64,000 nt of DNA. Origin: Armatimonadota bacterium (GTDB lineage Bacteria; Armatimonadota; HRBIN16). This document shows positions 40,727-51,490 of the stretch, piece after piece; the first letter of the stretch is position 1; each line of letters starts with the position of its first letter. Below the pieces are notes generated by a model that saw only the letters and a program-made list of their open reading frames with translations, made no database searches and was not told the origin of the DNA. A program made the position numbers and the translations under genes. The stretch spans positions 32,001-96,000 of the forward strand of contig OY781964.1 in NCBI GenBank assembly GCA_963677485.1, in the 5' to 3' direction.

Positions 40727-41577
40727 AACTTCTCCGCAAACTCCCATTCCCGCGTCTTAAACAGCCGGTAGCCCCAGACCAATGTGGCAAATGAGACCAC
40801 CACAGCTACACAAATCAGCCATACCGGCAGAGGCACACTGGTGATGTGATGCTGTGTGACCGCACCGGCATTGGCATTGATCGGCGGCAGCAGGCACTTC
40901 CGGTAACAACTCATCAACACCGCCATGGGGTTCAGGTGGTAGAGTATATAAACCAGGTTGGGCGGGCCGAACGGAAACAGCTTCGCGGTTAAGACCTGCT
41001 CTGAGAAGTAGACCACGGGCGTGAGGTAAAACAGCAGATTCAGGGCGATGCTCACCACATACTTGGTGTCTTCGTAAAACACATTCAAACACGAGATACC
41101 CAGGCACAACCCGGTGATGAGCGCCAGATGCACCACAAGCAGCAATGGCAGCCACAGCATCGAGGGCAGCAGCGGCGCATGGACATAAATCAGCAGATAC
41201 AAAAAGAACACAATCATCGCCAGAGCAAAATGTACCAGGTTGGCGATCACAAATGAGAGCGGAAGTATCTCACGAGGGAAATAGACTTTCTTCACCAGGT
41301 TGATCTGGCCGATCACCGACTGCGACGAGTCCATCAGTGCCGTTTGGAAGAACATCCAGGGCAGATACGCGGCCAGCACATACGCAGAGTAGTTGGGGAT
41401 CGCCATGCCCATCACCCGCTTGAACACAATGGTCAGCACCGCGACCGTCACCAGAGGCACGATCAACGACCACAGAAACCCCAGCGCGGAGTTCTTGTAG
41501 CGTATCTTCAATTCCCGTATCACCAGCGTGGCAAGCAGCTCACGGTATTTGTATAGTTCCGCCATCCATTTACGCAT
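40723..41577 (-). CDS. wzm: Polysaccharide ABC exporter permease (Wzm/TagG-like)
   Basis: RELKIRYKNSALGFLWSL..P, KVYFPRE, FYLTPVVY, LNPM. Confidence 0.92.
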   Translation of the reverse strand: MRKWMAELYKYRELLATLVIRELKIRYKNSALGFLWSLIVPLVTVAVLTIVFKRVMGMAIPNYSAYVLAAYLPWMFFQTALMDSSQSVIGQINLVKKVYFPREILPLSFVIANLVHFALAMIVFFLYLLIYVHAPLLPSMLWLPLLLVVHLALITGLCLGISCLNVFYEDTKYVVSIALNLLFYLTPVVYFSEQVLTAKLFPFGPPNLVYILYHLNPMAVLMSCYRKCLLPPINANAGAVTQHHITSVPLPVWLICVAVVVSFATLVWGYRLFKTREWEFAEKL

Positions 41578-41638
41578 AACAGTATAGTGTAACAACCCTT
41601 TGTTGCAGTCGCCCGCCTGAGTTTGCCACAATAGAAAT

Positions 41639-42448
41639 ATGAGAGAGTTTTCGGCCCTGCATGATATCGACATACTAGATATGGACGAAGAGGAGGAATT
41701 ACTGCCCACACCGCGTCGGCGGTGGTTCGACCCTTCGTTCTTTCCGCGCATCAAGACCCACCAAGACCCAAAAGCTCTGCTGGTCATTAACGAATACCAT
41801 CAATCACTACAACTGGACCACCACCGACTGCTTGCCGCAGATAATACCCAACAAAAGAAGAGCAAACCACCACGCACATCCCTCAAGGCACAGCGAATAG
41901 CCAAACTGGCAGAGGAGCTGCGTCAGAGTGGAGATGCCGATCTGGCGCTTGCGCAGTTTCAACAGGCATGTGAGGCCAGCTCTAAGAACGCCTATTATCG
42001 CTACCGTCTGGCGCAACTGCTGGTCGGTAATGGGCAGTTGACCAGTGCCATTGAGCAGATGATTGCCTGCGTCAAGGCGAAACCGGATGACGGCTATTAC
42101 CACTTCTTCCTGGGCACCTGCCTGGAGCGGGCCGGTTTGTTTACATCATGCAGTCTTGAGATGCATCAAGCTGTGTTGTTCGAGCCGCTGAATGACTACT
42201 TCCATATGCGTTTAGCTGTCTGCCACATGAAGCTCAACAACTACGAAAAAGCCAGCGGCCACCTTCGGCAGGCTCTGCGTATACAGCCTAAATCACAGGC
42301 CTATCACTACTTGCTGGGTGACACTTATTGCCGCATCGGGCTGACGGAAGAGGCCCACGAGCACTACCAGCAGGCCAGCAAGCTCTGCGGGTTTGATGCC
42401 GACCTGGTACGCTGGGCACGTGAGTATATCGACAGCGAGACCGAATAG
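41639..42448 (+). CDS. TPR protein
   Basis: Several TPR units (YHFFLG...A...P; FHMRLA...A...P; YHYLLG). Confidence 0.85.
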   Translation: MREFSALHDIDILDMDEEEELLPTPRRRWFDPSFFPRIKTHQDPKALLVINEYHQSLQLDHHRLLAADNTQQKKSKPPRTSLKAQRIAKLAEELRQSGDADLALAQFQQACEASSKNAYYRYRLAQLLVGNGQLTSAIEQMIACVKAKPDDGYYHFFLGTCLERAGLFTSCSLEMHQAVLFEPLNDYFHMRLAVCHMKLNNYEKASGHLRQALRIQPKSQAYHYLLGDTYCRIGLTEEAHEHYQQASKLCGFDADLVRWAREYIDSETE

Positions 42449-42485
42449 CAACAATCCCACGCTGGCAACCACTTGAGCCAGATGA

Positions 42486-43097
42486 CTAATCCGCTTTCCT
42501 CAGTTTCAATATCAAATTAGCCACAGACTGTGCCTCGGGGATATCGAAGAACCCGACCAACCCCATTGAGTTTTGCGACATGAACTCCATGCCCGTGTCT
42601 AAACCCATTTGGCTGCCTCTATTGCCAAACTGCGCGATAAAGATCAAACTACCGGTAGCAGGCCCCTCGGTACTCACATTGATTGTTGGCAACGCCGACA
42701 GGAAAAGCGAATTCACCCTGGGTTTCATTATCTCCACTAACGACAAAACCCTCTAGTTTGTGACCGCATAATAGGTTCTTTTCCGCATGTATTTCTTGGC
42801 GATGAATCGGCCGAACACCATGTATAACCCTACCAACACGAACGGTATACCGAATAGCGGGAATATCCAGATGAGCGGGGTTGCCTCGCGTGATGAGACT
42901 ATGCCAGTGAGGGCCGTCACCTCCCAGAACACGGCAAATCCACACCAAAACAGGCTGAAGGGAATCATAATCCAGTCTGCAGGTGATACCAGTTTTGTGG
43001 GGTCGGGCTGCCCCACCCATTGAATGCTCTCACCCTCTGCCAGGTATGGCGTCAGCTTCTCGCGGATGGTGTATAGGTCAGTGATGTCGTAGCTCAA
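42486..43097 (-). pseudogene. Membrane/PH-like domain protein interrupted by an in-frame TAG at 42753-42755
   Basis: Reads ...YYAVTN*RVLSLVE...GFFDIPE in one frame; the neighbouring paralog has ITNQRV at the same position. Confidence 0.8.
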
Positions 43098-43200
43098 TTG
43101 TGACCCCCTGATATGGTTGAGTGTTTTCTTGCGTCATACAGATATTACACTCAACTGAAAGCGAAGATCACCTACAGGCCACATCACCCGTCATACGATC

Positions 43201-44379
43201 TCACGCAGAAGCTTGAATCCCACGTGTATGGTTAATAAACTCCACCACTGACGGGACATCGGGGATATCGAAAAATCCAGCAAGTCCGACCATTGGATTG
43301 CGAACGAGAAATGAAAACTCGTTATCATAGTTCAACCAGCTTGTGTAGCCATTGGGAGGCTCCTTGATAAACTCTACGGAACCTTTACCCCGCTTATTGA
43401 CCGTCACGCGCAGTTTGGGTAGCGCACTTATAAACTGCGATGCAATCCATGGCCGTTTCCCATCTAGAACCATCATCACACGTTGGTTGGTAATTATATA
43501 TTTGGTATGTTTTCGGACTACAAAACGCAACACATATCGGCCGACAATGCTGTATAAGCTTAATGCCGACCAGAGTAATGTAATCACCCCTGCCAGTGCA
43601 CCACCGCTAGCATTAATGACATATAAATAGTACATGAACACGATCGATATAAAACCCCATGCAACTTGAGCGAGATCAGTGAACGCAAACTGGTGATACG
43701 GTCTTGGTCGTCCTGTCCATATCACATGCTCATTTGGCAGCATGAATACTCCGAGCTCATCCTTAGATTGCTGTGGTGCTTCATCAATATCCTGAGTATC
43801 TCTCATGTGAAAACTGATCAACTGACCAATCAAAGGTGCATCGGCTATGTCAAAAAAACCCTCTGCTGGCCAGTATGCGCTATTCCTGAGATGCGAGGCG
43901 TCCATGGTCCTGTTACGAGGTTTAACACTATCGTCATGCCTGGGTGAGAATACTACACTACCGAATTTGTCATGATCGCATGTCACACTCACCATAGGCA
44001 GTGTTTTGTGACCATACGCTGTGAGGTGCTGTTGTCGATACGTGCTCAGCACCAGAACTCGCCGATCCGTCACAGCATACCACGTGTTCAACTTCCATTT
44101 TCGCCGTGACAACAAGGAGATTAGCCGATCTGCCCCGAAAATACCAAATAGGAATAGGGCACCAACCTCAGCGCGCGTATGCACTAATCCTAGAGCTCCT
44201 AGGACAAAGTAAACCGAACAAATCAGTATGATCAAACCAATAGGCACATAAAAATAGTCTTCATGGCAGAAAATCCGCTTTGGGTCGGGTTGTCCCACCC
44301 ACAGCACAATCTCGCCGTCCGTCAGGTGTGGAAGGAACCTTTCACCGATATCAGCATCTATTACAGCTTGTTGGCTCAT
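43201..44379 (-). CDS. Membrane protein with two tandem copies of a 2TM + PH-like domain
   Basis: Repeated E.(V/I).W.G.P...Y..T..RV...GS(V).F...GFFDI.D unit. Confidence 0.75.
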   Translation of the reverse strand: MSQQAVIDADIGERFLPHLTDGEIVLWVGQPDPKRIFCHEDYFYVPIGLIILICSVYFVLGALGLVHTRAEVGALFLFGIFGADRLISLLSRRKWKLNTWYAVTDRRVLVLSTYRQQHLTAYGHKTLPMVSVTCDHDKFGSVVFSPRHDDSVKPRNRTMDASHLRNSAYWPAEGFFDIADAPLIGQLISFHMRDTQDIDEAPQQSKDELGVFMLPNEHVIWTGRPRPYHQFAFTDLAQVAWGFISIVFMYYLYVINASGGALAGVITLLWSALSLYSIVGRYVLRFVVRKHTKYIITNQRVMMVLDGKRPWIASQFISALPKLRVTVNKRGKGSVEFIKEPPNGYTSWLNYDNEFSFLVRNPMVGLAGFFDIPDVPSVVEFINHTRGIQASA

Positions 44380-44404
44380 GGTAATAACTTGTCACTTGCT
44401 CCAT

Positions 44405-44428
44405 ATAACTAGATAACTAGATAACTAG
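44405..44428. repeat. Tandem octamer (ATAACTAG)x3
   Basis: Three exact copies just upstream of the RBS of 43201-44379. Confidence 0.8.
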
Positions 44429-44600
44429 ATGCATCATTCATTATATGGATAATACCTGAAAATCGAAGTTTCCACTTAAGCATTCACACTTTCGCGTGAC
44501 ACATTCCCATCCGGGAAGGGTTCAAACGAACATTGTATCAACGTATAATAAATACACAACCCATCCACGAATCGGGTGAGACCATCTGGAGGAAACTATA

Positions 44601-47600
44601 ATGCCTGGATATTACCGTTACCCAACTATAAATGCCGACAAGATCGCCTTCGTGTGTGAAGACGACCTTTGGATCGTGGCCGCTGGTGGAGGGGTCGCCC
44701 GGCGCTTGACCGCCGGAGTAGCGATGGCCACGCACCCCTGCTTCTCGCCAGATGGCAAGTGGATCGCCTTCGCAGGGCGTGAAGAGGGCCCCATCGAGGT
44801 ATATCTCATCCCGTCCGAAGGTGGGCCATCACGCCGCCTGACCTATCTGGCCGCCAGCTCGGTGCCGGTGGCATGGAGTTCCGATGGTCAATCCATCATT
44901 TTTGCCAGCAATACGGCTCAGCCCACGCCTCGCGTGATGAACCTGTGGAGCGTATCCGTTGAGGGTTCTCAGCCCACGCATCTGCCCTACGGCAAGGCGA
45001 GTTCCATCGCAATCGGACCCAAAGGGGAAGTATTGCTTGGCCGCAACACCGCTGATCCCGCACGATGGAAGCGCTACCGCGGCGGCACGGCTGGCCAGCT
45101 TTGGATAGACACTAAGGGTGATGGCGAGTTCCAGAGGTTGAACCACCTCAACACAAACTACGCCTCCCCCATGTGGATGGGCGACCGCATCGCATTTATA
45201 TCTGACCACGAAGGCATCGGCAACATCTACAGCGCACAGCCCGACGGCAGCGACTTGCAGAGAGTCACCAACCAGTCTGAGTTCTACGTGCGTCAGGCCA
45301 GCACTGATGGCAAGCGCATGGTGTTCCAGTGCGGAGGCGACATCTACCTACAGGAAACAGGCAAGCTTGAGAAGAAGGTGGCCGTTCGGTTCAATGGGCC
45401 TCAGACGCAAGCATCCACCAAATACCCACACGCATCAGATCACCTGCACCAGCTCAGCATTCATCCTAAAGGTCACAGCCTGGCGGCGGTCACCCGTGGC
45501 AAGCTTTATGCTTTCGCCAACTGGGAAGGCGCAGTGAAGGGCATCAGCACCGTAGACGGGCAGCGTGTGCGCATGGCCTGCTGGATGCAAGAGGGCAAAC
45601 GTCTGGCATACACCCTGGACGATGGCGAAGAGAATCTGGTGATCAAGGATGTGGACAACAGCTCCGATCCTGTGGTGATCGACACCAGTGCATGGAGCGT
45701 CATCACCTCCATCAGTGCCTCACCCACCGAGCCAAAGCTCGCCATCACCGACGTCGCGGGACACCTGGTGCTGGTTGATGTGACCGAGGATAGCTGCACG
45801 CTGCTTGACCATAGTATATACGGCCGTATCTCCGGTGTGTGTTTCTCACCAGATGGGGCATGGATCGCATACGACTACCAGACCGGCCCAGGCACGCGCG
45901 TTATCAAACTCGCGAATGTGGCAACAGGCGAATGCTCCCCCATCACACGCAGCGAGTTCAACGACTTCAGCCCCTCATGGGATCCTGAAGGCAAGTACCT
46001 CGCGTTTGTCTCCTACCGCGACTACAACCCGGTCTATGACAGCATCTTCTTTGATCTGAACTTCACATATGCAGGCCGGTTGTATCTAGTCACACTGAAG
46101 TCCGATACCCAAAACCCCTTCGTTCCTCAACCGCCGAAGGATGAAAGCGAGAAGGAAAAGAAAGAAGAAGGGAATCCCGCAGAAGCAACGGCAGATGAGC
46201 CAAAAACAGACGAGAAACCGGCCGATGAAAAGAAGAAGCCCACGCCTATAGAGATCGAACTGGAGGGCATCCAAAGCCGCGTGCTCGCCTTCCCAGTGCC
46301 CGAGGCACGCTACCACGGCTGCATCGCTATCAAAGGCAAGCTGCTGGGCATAGAGGCCCCTCCGCGAGGCGCACTCAGCACCGATCCGGCCAAGATGGTG
46401 GTGAGTGTTTTCAGTTTCGAGAACATGAAACACGAGGTGCTGATACGCAACATCGAACGCCTGTTCGCGAGTGAAAACAACGAATGGATGGGCATCATTC
46501 AGGACCACAGGCTGCGTATACTAAAATCCGGTAATAAGCCTGATGATAACGCGCCTCAGACAGCCTGCAAGCAAAGCGGGCTGATAGAGCTGGACCGTAT
46601 CGCGCTTAGCGTGTCGCCCAGATCAGAATGGAAGCAAATATACCGCGAAGCGTGGCGCATGCAAAGGGAGCGGTTCTGGACGAACAACATGTCTGGCGTA
46701 GACTGGGTTAAAATATACCACCGTTACCTTCCGCTTCTTGACCGCATCGCGACCCGTGCGGAGTTAAGCGACCTGATGTGGGAGATGCAGGGCGAACTAG
46801 GCACCTCACACGCTTACGAGTATGGCGGAGATTACCGCACATCACCCTACCAGCGGGTGGGTTGTCTTGGTGCCGACTTTACATGGTACGAAGATCAACA
46901 AGGCTACCGATTGCAGCACATCCTTCAAGGTGATAGCTGGCAGGCTGCTCTCAGGTCACCGCTTGCCACCCCCGGTATCAGCTTGTCCGAAGGCGATATT
47001 CTTCTGTCCGTCAATGGCCAGCCATTGAGCAAAATCATGACGCCACAAAATGCGCTGCTCAACCTGGCCGATACCGAGGTAGAACTTAACTGGAAGCGAG
47101 CATCTGACGGCAGCAGCTACCGCGTGACGGTCACCACCGCATCAAACGACACAACTATGCGTTATCGTGAGTGGGTTGCCACGAACCGCAGCAAGGTTCA
47201 TGTGGCCACCGATGCTCAGGTAGGCTATCTGCATATCCCAGACATGATGGGGCGAGGGTTCAGCGAATTCCACCGTGGCTATCTGACCGAGTTGGACAAG
47301 CCAAGTCTGATCGTGGACCTGCGCTTCAATGGAGGCGGACACGTCAGCCCGCTGCTGCTGGAGAAATTGCTCCGCAAGCCCATTGGCTGGGATGTGCCCC
47401 GATATGGCCAGCCCGAAACCTACCCATACCAGAGCTACCGCGGCCCCATCGTGGCCATCACTAATGAAGAGGCGGGCTCCGACGGCGATATCTTCAGCCA
47501 CAGCTTCAAGCTGCTCAAGATCGGAACGCTGATCGGTGAGCGAACATGGGGCGGGGTGATAGGTATCATGGGCGATCATCCGTTGGTAGATGGCACTACC

Positions 47601-47831
47601 ACCACTCAGCCGGAATACGCCTTCCACTTTAATGACGTGGGCTGGTCGGTGGAGAACTACGGCACAGACCCAGACATCGAGGTGATCTATCGCCCGCAAG
47701 ATTATGCGGCAGGGGTCGACCCGCAGTTGGATAAGGCGATCGAGGTGATTCTGCAACAGATCACGGAGAACCCGCCAGCCAAACCGGAGCTCAACCCGAA
47801 GCCAAACCTTGAGTTGCCTCGGTTGGGGTAG
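44601..47831 (+). CDS. Tricorn protease (S41 family)
   Basis: Beta-propeller repeats, WKRYRGG, GELGTSH, PDZ, DLRFNGGG, AGSDGD, GERTWGGV, ENYGTDPD. Confidence 0.96.
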   Translation: MPGYYRYPTINADKIAFVCEDDLWIVAAGGGVARRLTAGVAMATHPCFSPDGKWIAFAGREEGPIEVYLIPSEGGPSRRLTYLAASSVPVAWSSDGQSIIFASNTAQPTPRVMNLWSVSVEGSQPTHLPYGKASSIAIGPKGEVLLGRNTADPARWKRYRGGTAGQLWIDTKGDGEFQRLNHLNTNYASPMWMGDRIAFISDHEGIGNIYSAQPDGSDLQRVTNQSEFYVRQASTDGKRMVFQCGGDIYLQETGKLEKKVAVRFNGPQTQASTKYPHASDHLHQLSIHPKGHSLAAVTRGKLYAFANWEGAVKGISTVDGQRVRMACWMQEGKRLAYTLDDGEENLVIKDVDNSSDPVVIDTSAWSVITSISASPTEPKLAITDVAGHLVLVDVTEDSCTLLDHSIYGRISGVCFSPDGAWIAYDYQTGPGTRVIKLANVATGECSPITRSEFNDFSPSWDPEGKYLAFVSYRDYNPVYDSIFFDLNFTYAGRLYLVTLKSDTQNPFVPQPPKDESEKEKKEEGNPAEATADEPKTDEKPADEKKKPTPIEIELEGIQSRVLAFPVPEARYHGCIAIKGKLLGIEAPPRGALSTDPAKMVVSVFSFENMKHEVLIRNIERLFASENNEWMGIIQDHRLRILKSGNKPDDNAPQTACKQSGLIELDRIALSVSPRSEWKQIYREAWRMQRERFWTNNMSGVDWVKIYHRYLPLLDRIATRAELSDLMWEMQGELGTSHAYEYGGDYRTSPYQRVGCLGADFTWYEDQQGYRLQHILQGDSWQAALRSPLATPGISLSEGDILLSVNGQPLSKIMTPQNALLNLADTEVELNWKRASDGSSYRVTVTTASNDTTMRYREWVATNRSKVHVATDAQVGYLHIPDMMGRGFSEFHRGYLTELDKPSLIVDLRFNGGGHVSPLLLEKLLRKPIGWDVPRYGQPETYPYQSYRGPIVAITNEEAGSDGDIFSHSFKLLKIGTLIGERTWGGVIGIMGDHPLVDGTTTTQPEYAFHFNDVGWSVENYGTDPDIEVIYRPQDYAAGVDPQLDKAIEVILQQITENPPAKPELNPKPNLELPRLG

Positions 47832-47888
47832 CTAACCAACCAGAATCGGACGGATCCGACGGATCCGTCCGATTTCCATGAATCCTGT

Positions 47889-49043
47889 TTACTTGTGGCT
47901 TAATAACTCCAGAATCGACTGCCCGGCAGGCTCGGTCGCGCGGATGGCGCACTGTCGTTCCAGAACTACAGCGGCACCATCGGCTGCTATCTGCGCCTGT
48001 AACTGCTGGGCACTTTCGTCATCGGCGGGGGCAAACCGCATCGCCGCGGCGATGGTGCGGTAGAACGCCACAGGGTGCTTTCCCTCACGCTCCAGCAGGC
48101 GCATAGCGCCCACAAGACGGTCATTAGGTCTTAGTTTACGCAGCGGGTCACGCCCCACACGCGCCACGGAGTCGCCCAACTGCTTGTTGCAGAATCTGCT
48201 TAGCAGGTCATCCAGGTAAGCCTGCTGGTCTTCGGGAGTAAAGCCATGATGGGCCACTAGCACCCGGCCGACCATATCCATGGCATCCCGAACGATGGAG
48301 TTGATCTCTCGATCCTGAACGCACTGCCAGATGAACTCATACCCTTTGGGATACCCCAGGTAGGCGAACATCGCGTGCGAGGCGTTGTGGATATACAGCT
48401 TGCGCTCCTCGTGGCCCTGAAACGCCGTTGACGGCTCCACGCCGACTATCACCGGCAGCTCGCCCTTGATGCGGCTGGCCTTGACCGGCAGTCGCTTATA
48501 AGCTTCCACACGCACCAGCAGCGCGTCTTCGGCACGCTGTTCATCAGTCATCACCGGCACCATCCGGCTCACCACACACAACACAAAGCCCACCATGTCA
48601 AGGGAGTATTGCTGTGCCTCGATACTCAGGTGCTTCATCACCTCGGATCGCAGCACATCGTCTGCGTCCATCTGGTTTTCCAACACGAGTATATTCAGGG
48701 GTTGTTGGAGACGATTCTGAAAGCGCCGCTCAATTCCGGCGGCTAGTGCCGGTGCGATACGGGGTAGGATCATCACACCAACCGAAGTACCGCACACATC
48801 AGCACCGGCGATGGCGGTGGCGATGGCATCCACATCGTGTGCCATGATGGCACTCACTCCGGTCACATTCACACGCTCAGGGTTATCTCCCACAATGTCT
48901 ATCGGATACCCACCGCGAAGGTTCAATGCATCAACCACACCCGGGATGGCATCAACAAAACAGATCTCAAAACCACTTTCATATAGTAACTGACCGATAA
49001 AGCCCCTGCCGATATTCCCAGCACCGAATTGAACCGCACGCAT
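47889..49043 (-). CDS. mtlD: Mannitol-1-phosphate 5-dehydrogenase family
   Basis: QFGAGNIGRGFIG, ERKLYIHNASHA, RVGRDPLRKL...DRL. Confidence 0.9.
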   Translation of the reverse strand: MRAVQFGAGNIGRGFIGQLLYESGFEICFVDAIPGVVDALNLRGGYPIDIVGDNPERVNVTGVSAIMAHDVDAIATAIAGADVCGTSVGVMILPRIAPALAAGIERRFQNRLQQPLNILVLENQMDADDVLRSEVMKHLSIEAQQYSLDMVGFVLCVVSRMVPVMTDEQRAEDALLVRVEAYKRLPVKASRIKGELPVIVGVEPSTAFQGHEERKLYIHNASHAMFAYLGYPKGYEFIWQCVQDREINSIVRDAMDMVGRVLVAHHGFTPEDQQAYLDDLLSRFCNKQLGDSVARVGRDPLRKLRPNDRLVGAMRLLEREGKHPVAFYRTIAAAMRFAPADDESAQQLQAQIAADGAAVVLERQCAIRATEPAGQSILELLSHK

Positions 49044-49121
49044 ACACTGCCACCTCCGCGAAAAGTGGGCCGCATCATCTGCGGCCCTGTTGTTTCATCC
49101 AATTGTATTGTAACGCGTTGT

Positions 49122-50180
49122 TTACCTGGAGGTAGGCACCTGCTGCAACACGGCTCGGAACCCTCCTCGGTTGGTGTCACCCGTAATATCTATCTTAACG
49201 ACACGTCGGCGAAACGCTGAGAAGGTAACGACCCATCGTCCGTTCTTGATTGGGATGTTGTTGACAAGATACGGGTCTAGCTCCCACATGTTTCCTTTGC
49301 GCAGGCGGACGATACCCCATATAGTCCATCGGTCACCTGTGCTCAGGTTGTTGATCATGATCGACACTCGATCGGTTGTTCTCGCATCCAGGTAATACTC
49401 GTCAATCTGACTGAAGTAGTTCGTCTCGGGGGCTTCGAACCGGCCGTTGCATGCGCCTGTCCAATAGTTGGAAGGTGTGACTACCGTGCCGCCACTCACT
49501 GGTTTGTCGGGAGGGTTTGGTAGTTCAGTGCTGCCATCGCGGTTGTCCTGCCACTTGCCGTTAAGCCAGTATCCGCCTTCTCCAGGTCCCACAGGCATTT
49601 TGACACGATAGAAGTCGTTGCCTACTCTTCCGGTAAAGCCGATAAAACTGGCGGTGAGACCAACAACAACCATCGAGCCCTTGCCATCGACCACCGAGTT
49701 GATATCACCACTGGTGATGGTGATGACTGGCTTCTCTTGAGTTCCTGTCCAACGCCCGTTGAAATTCCTCGAGATGTCGCCCTTGACGGAAATGGTGCAT
49801 AAGCCACCTGCCATCAACCTACCGGATATGCTTCTTAATCGGTAAGTGTTATTACCGATGATAAGATATCCCTCGGAATTCATATGGAAGCTACGGTCCT
49901 GTAGCGGCCGTTTATCATCATTGGAGCTCAGTGCATCTGAGGTTGACTTCTTCAACTTGGACTTTTTCGAGAAATCCGTAAATGGCTTCAACGTCGTGGT
50001 CACACCGGGCGTGGTCACATCGGGAGTGGTGCTCTTAGAATCATCCACCTTCGCCGAACTGCTTGTAGTGCCACTCTCTGTCGACGCAAACGGGTTATCT
50101 TCGGCATAAACACCGCATGTCATCGATAAGGCCAGGGCGGTCACAGCCGCCCCTGCTATTAGGATACGCCATCTATTCAC
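49122..50180 (-). CDS. Secreted hypothetical protein with beta-rich domains
   Basis: Signal peptide, S/T-rich linker, domain with G.W...TIT.G....G.G pattern shared with its neighbours. Confidence 0.7.
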   Translation of the reverse strand: MNRWRILIAGAAVTALALSMTCGVYAEDNPFASTESGTTSSSAKVDDSKSTTPDVTTPGVTTTLKPFTDFSKKSKLKKSTSDALSSNDDKRPLQDRSFHMNSEGYLIIGNNTYRLRSISGRLMAGGLCTISVKGDISRNFNGRWTGTQEKPVITITSGDINSVVDGKGSMVVVGLTASFIGFTGRVGNDFYRVKMPVGPGEGGYWLNGKWQDNRDGSTELPNPPDKPVSGGTVVTPSNYWTGACNGRFEAPETNYFSQIDEYYLDARTTDRVSIMINNLSTGDRWTIWGIVRLRKGNMWELDPYLVNNIPIKNGRWVVTFSAFRRRVVKIDITGDTNRGGFRAVLQQVPTSR

Positions 50181-50183
50181 AGA

Positions 50184-51383
50184 TTAGTCACCTCGATAAC
50201 TGACAGTTACAGGACGCTGATCGATACGTCCACGAATCTCCAGGAAGTCGACACGGCGCGCTCTGTCATAACGGACCGATACAGCACCTGAGGTTCGGCC
50301 GTTCATGCTACTGACACGAGTCAAGTCACCTGAAACACGACCTGAAGACTGACTGCTGACATCGACATCGAACTGTACCATTCGCTTTGCAGAACGACCG
50401 TATACCCGGATATTCAGACGGTCACCATTCTCTACGAGAACGATCCTCTCGATCCGCTCATCTATGCCATCAGTGTTCATAATGCCGCTGCCGCGGCTAG
50501 TATCGTCAGAAAGACCATCTTGGCTGTCTATGCGATAGTTCGGACGATCTGGCCGTTGACCGGCTGCGTCACGGTCTTCCCAGCGGTCCAGGCCTCTGGC
50601 AGGCATATTGATCTCCACAACGCCGTCACGATTTGAGGCTGTCACCTCAATATTCCGTAGTTTGTTGCCGGTAACCACATAGCTGGCGGTGCCTGTCATT
50701 TTACCTAGTCGTTTGCTGCTGACGATGCGAATATCACCCTGGTTGCGATCGCGGACATCCCAACTGCCTTTGAGTGTGTCGACAAAGCCGCCTTTGGTAT
50801 CCAATGTCACGTCGCCGTTTTTGCGTAGCTTGAGGGTGACAGATTCCAGCCGTAGACGGCGGTCATCTATGGTCATGGTGCCCGATGCAACTAGCTTAAA
50901 TTCACGGTCAGCAGGTCTGCCCCAACCCGGATCACTTGGCCTATCAGGCCGTCGATCCGATTCTGGGATGATCACGGACACTCGCCATGCGTCCCGACGG
51001 TCGCGGCTAGTCAATGTGATTCTCCGCGGTTGATCATCAGTGAAAATGACCGTGCCTGATCCATCTGTATCGTTACCGAAGCCATCATCGATGGTGACGG
51101 TGGCAGTTCGGCTGTCTTTGTCCCGCCATCGTCCAGCTAACTGCTCACGGCCGCGGTCAGTGCGAACCATCAGAGTGAAATTGCCGCCTCTGTTCAACTC
51201 CACATCAGCATAAACAATTGGCTCGCTGCGTTCGTTGCCAGGCCTCACAAGCATACCCTCTGCGCGGCCGTCATAGCTGCTGTCTGAGTGCGATGACCAA
51301 CTTATGGTCGAAAAAGCTGCCGCTGCTATAGCTGCTAAAGCCATGGATTTTGTGATGACATTCATCATTGCACGTCCTTTCAT
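50184..51383 (-). CDS. Secreted hypothetical protein with about three repeats of a beta-rich domain
   Basis: Signal peptide; repeated ~100 aa units separated by RPDRP linkers. Confidence 0.75.
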   Translation of the reverse strand: MKGRAMMNVITKSMALAAIAAAAFSTISWSSHSDSSYDGRAEGMLVRPGNERSEPIVYADVELNRGGNFTLMVRTDRGREQLAGRWRDKDSRTATVTIDDGFGNDTDGSGTVIFTDDQPRRITLTSRDRRDAWRVSVIIPESDRRPDRPSDPGWGRPADREFKLVASGTMTIDDRRLRLESVTLKLRKNGDVTLDTKGGFVDTLKGSWDVRDRNQGDIRIVSSKRLGKMTGTASYVVTGNKLRNIEVTASNRDGVVEINMPARGLDRWEDRDAAGQRPDRPNYRIDSQDGLSDDTSRGSGIMNTDGIDERIERIVLVENGDRLNIRVYGRSAKRMVQFDVDVSSQSSGRVSGDLTRVSSMNGRTSGAVSVRYDRARRVDFLEIRGRIDQRPVTVSYRGD

Positions 51384-51399
51384 GAAACTGTTCTACCAG

Positions 51400-51429
51400 T
51401 ATGACGGTAACGCCTGCCTGCTGGTTGCA
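51400..51429 (-). promoter_or_regulatory. ECF-sigma-type promoter TGCAAC-N17-CGTCATA
   Basis: AAC/CGT elements with 17 bp spacing; twin at 52780-52809. Confidence 0.65.
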
Positions 51430-51437
51430 GAATGAGT

Positions 51438-51466
51438 TACCCCCGGGCGATTAGGCACCGGGGGTA
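51438..51466 (-). terminator. Hairpin after the RPGRP-repeat gene
   Basis: TACCCCCGG-N11-CCGGGGGTA. Confidence 0.6.
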
Positions 51467-51490
51467 GATAGATGGCCGATCACGGTATAC

